A stretch of 53,442 bases of DNA from an uncultured Nitrospiraceae bacterium (GTDB lineage Bacteria; Nitrospirota; Thermodesulfovibrionia; Thermodesulfovibrionales; Dissulfurispiraceae). How positions within the stretch are numbered: position 1 is the first letter of the stretch; each line of letters opens with the position of its first letter. The notes under the pieces were generated by a model, which had not been told where the DNA came from, ran no database searches, and saw only the letters and a list, made by a program, of their open reading frames with translations. Location of the stretch: the NCBI GenBank assembly GCA_963727805.1, contig CAVSHF010000001.1:1-53442 (forward strand), written 5' to 3'. This document shows, one piece after another, positions 52,988 to 53,442 of the stretch. A program made the position numbers and the translations under genes.

Positions 52988-53442
<455 letters not shown>

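Overview
Bacterial chromosomal window, mostly housekeeping genes. Gene content and the 16S 5' end suggest Nitrospirota (Thermodesulfovibrionia-like); this is inference, not a database result. Contents: split riboflavin genes (ribBA partial, riboflavin synthase), lepA-lepB, ROK kinase, bamA-skp-lpxD-fabZ-lpxA-lpxI, DUF3842-CooT-lipoate ligase, SUI1/YciH, a Fic protein lacking its catalytic His, M24 peptidase, MazG-like protein, PAS-GGDEF, LOG, three cold-shock genes, serS, a FliK-like/FlhB-C pair, MgtE-N/CBS plus Nramp, mtnA-ispB-amrA, moaC, a sigma54 activator facing a decayed rhodanese gene, tolQRAB, rfaE1, a tRNA thiolase-like gene, DUF3108, hisA-hisF, dnaJ-hspR-clpB-hsp20, tRNA-Asn, a small accessory block, an EndoQ-family gene and the start of an rRNA operon. 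Two signals stand out. (1) A conserved ~60-nt 5' leader precedes all three csp paralogues and can fold into mutually exclusive terminator and antiterminator helices, a candidate undescribed cold-shock attenuator or thermoswitch. (2) About ten genes have a -10 hexamer 5-7 nt before the start codon and no Shine-Dalgarno, suggesting frequent leaderless mRNAs. A candidate structured ncRNA and a small Zn-finger ORF with a palindromic operator lie at 36.9-37.3 kb.
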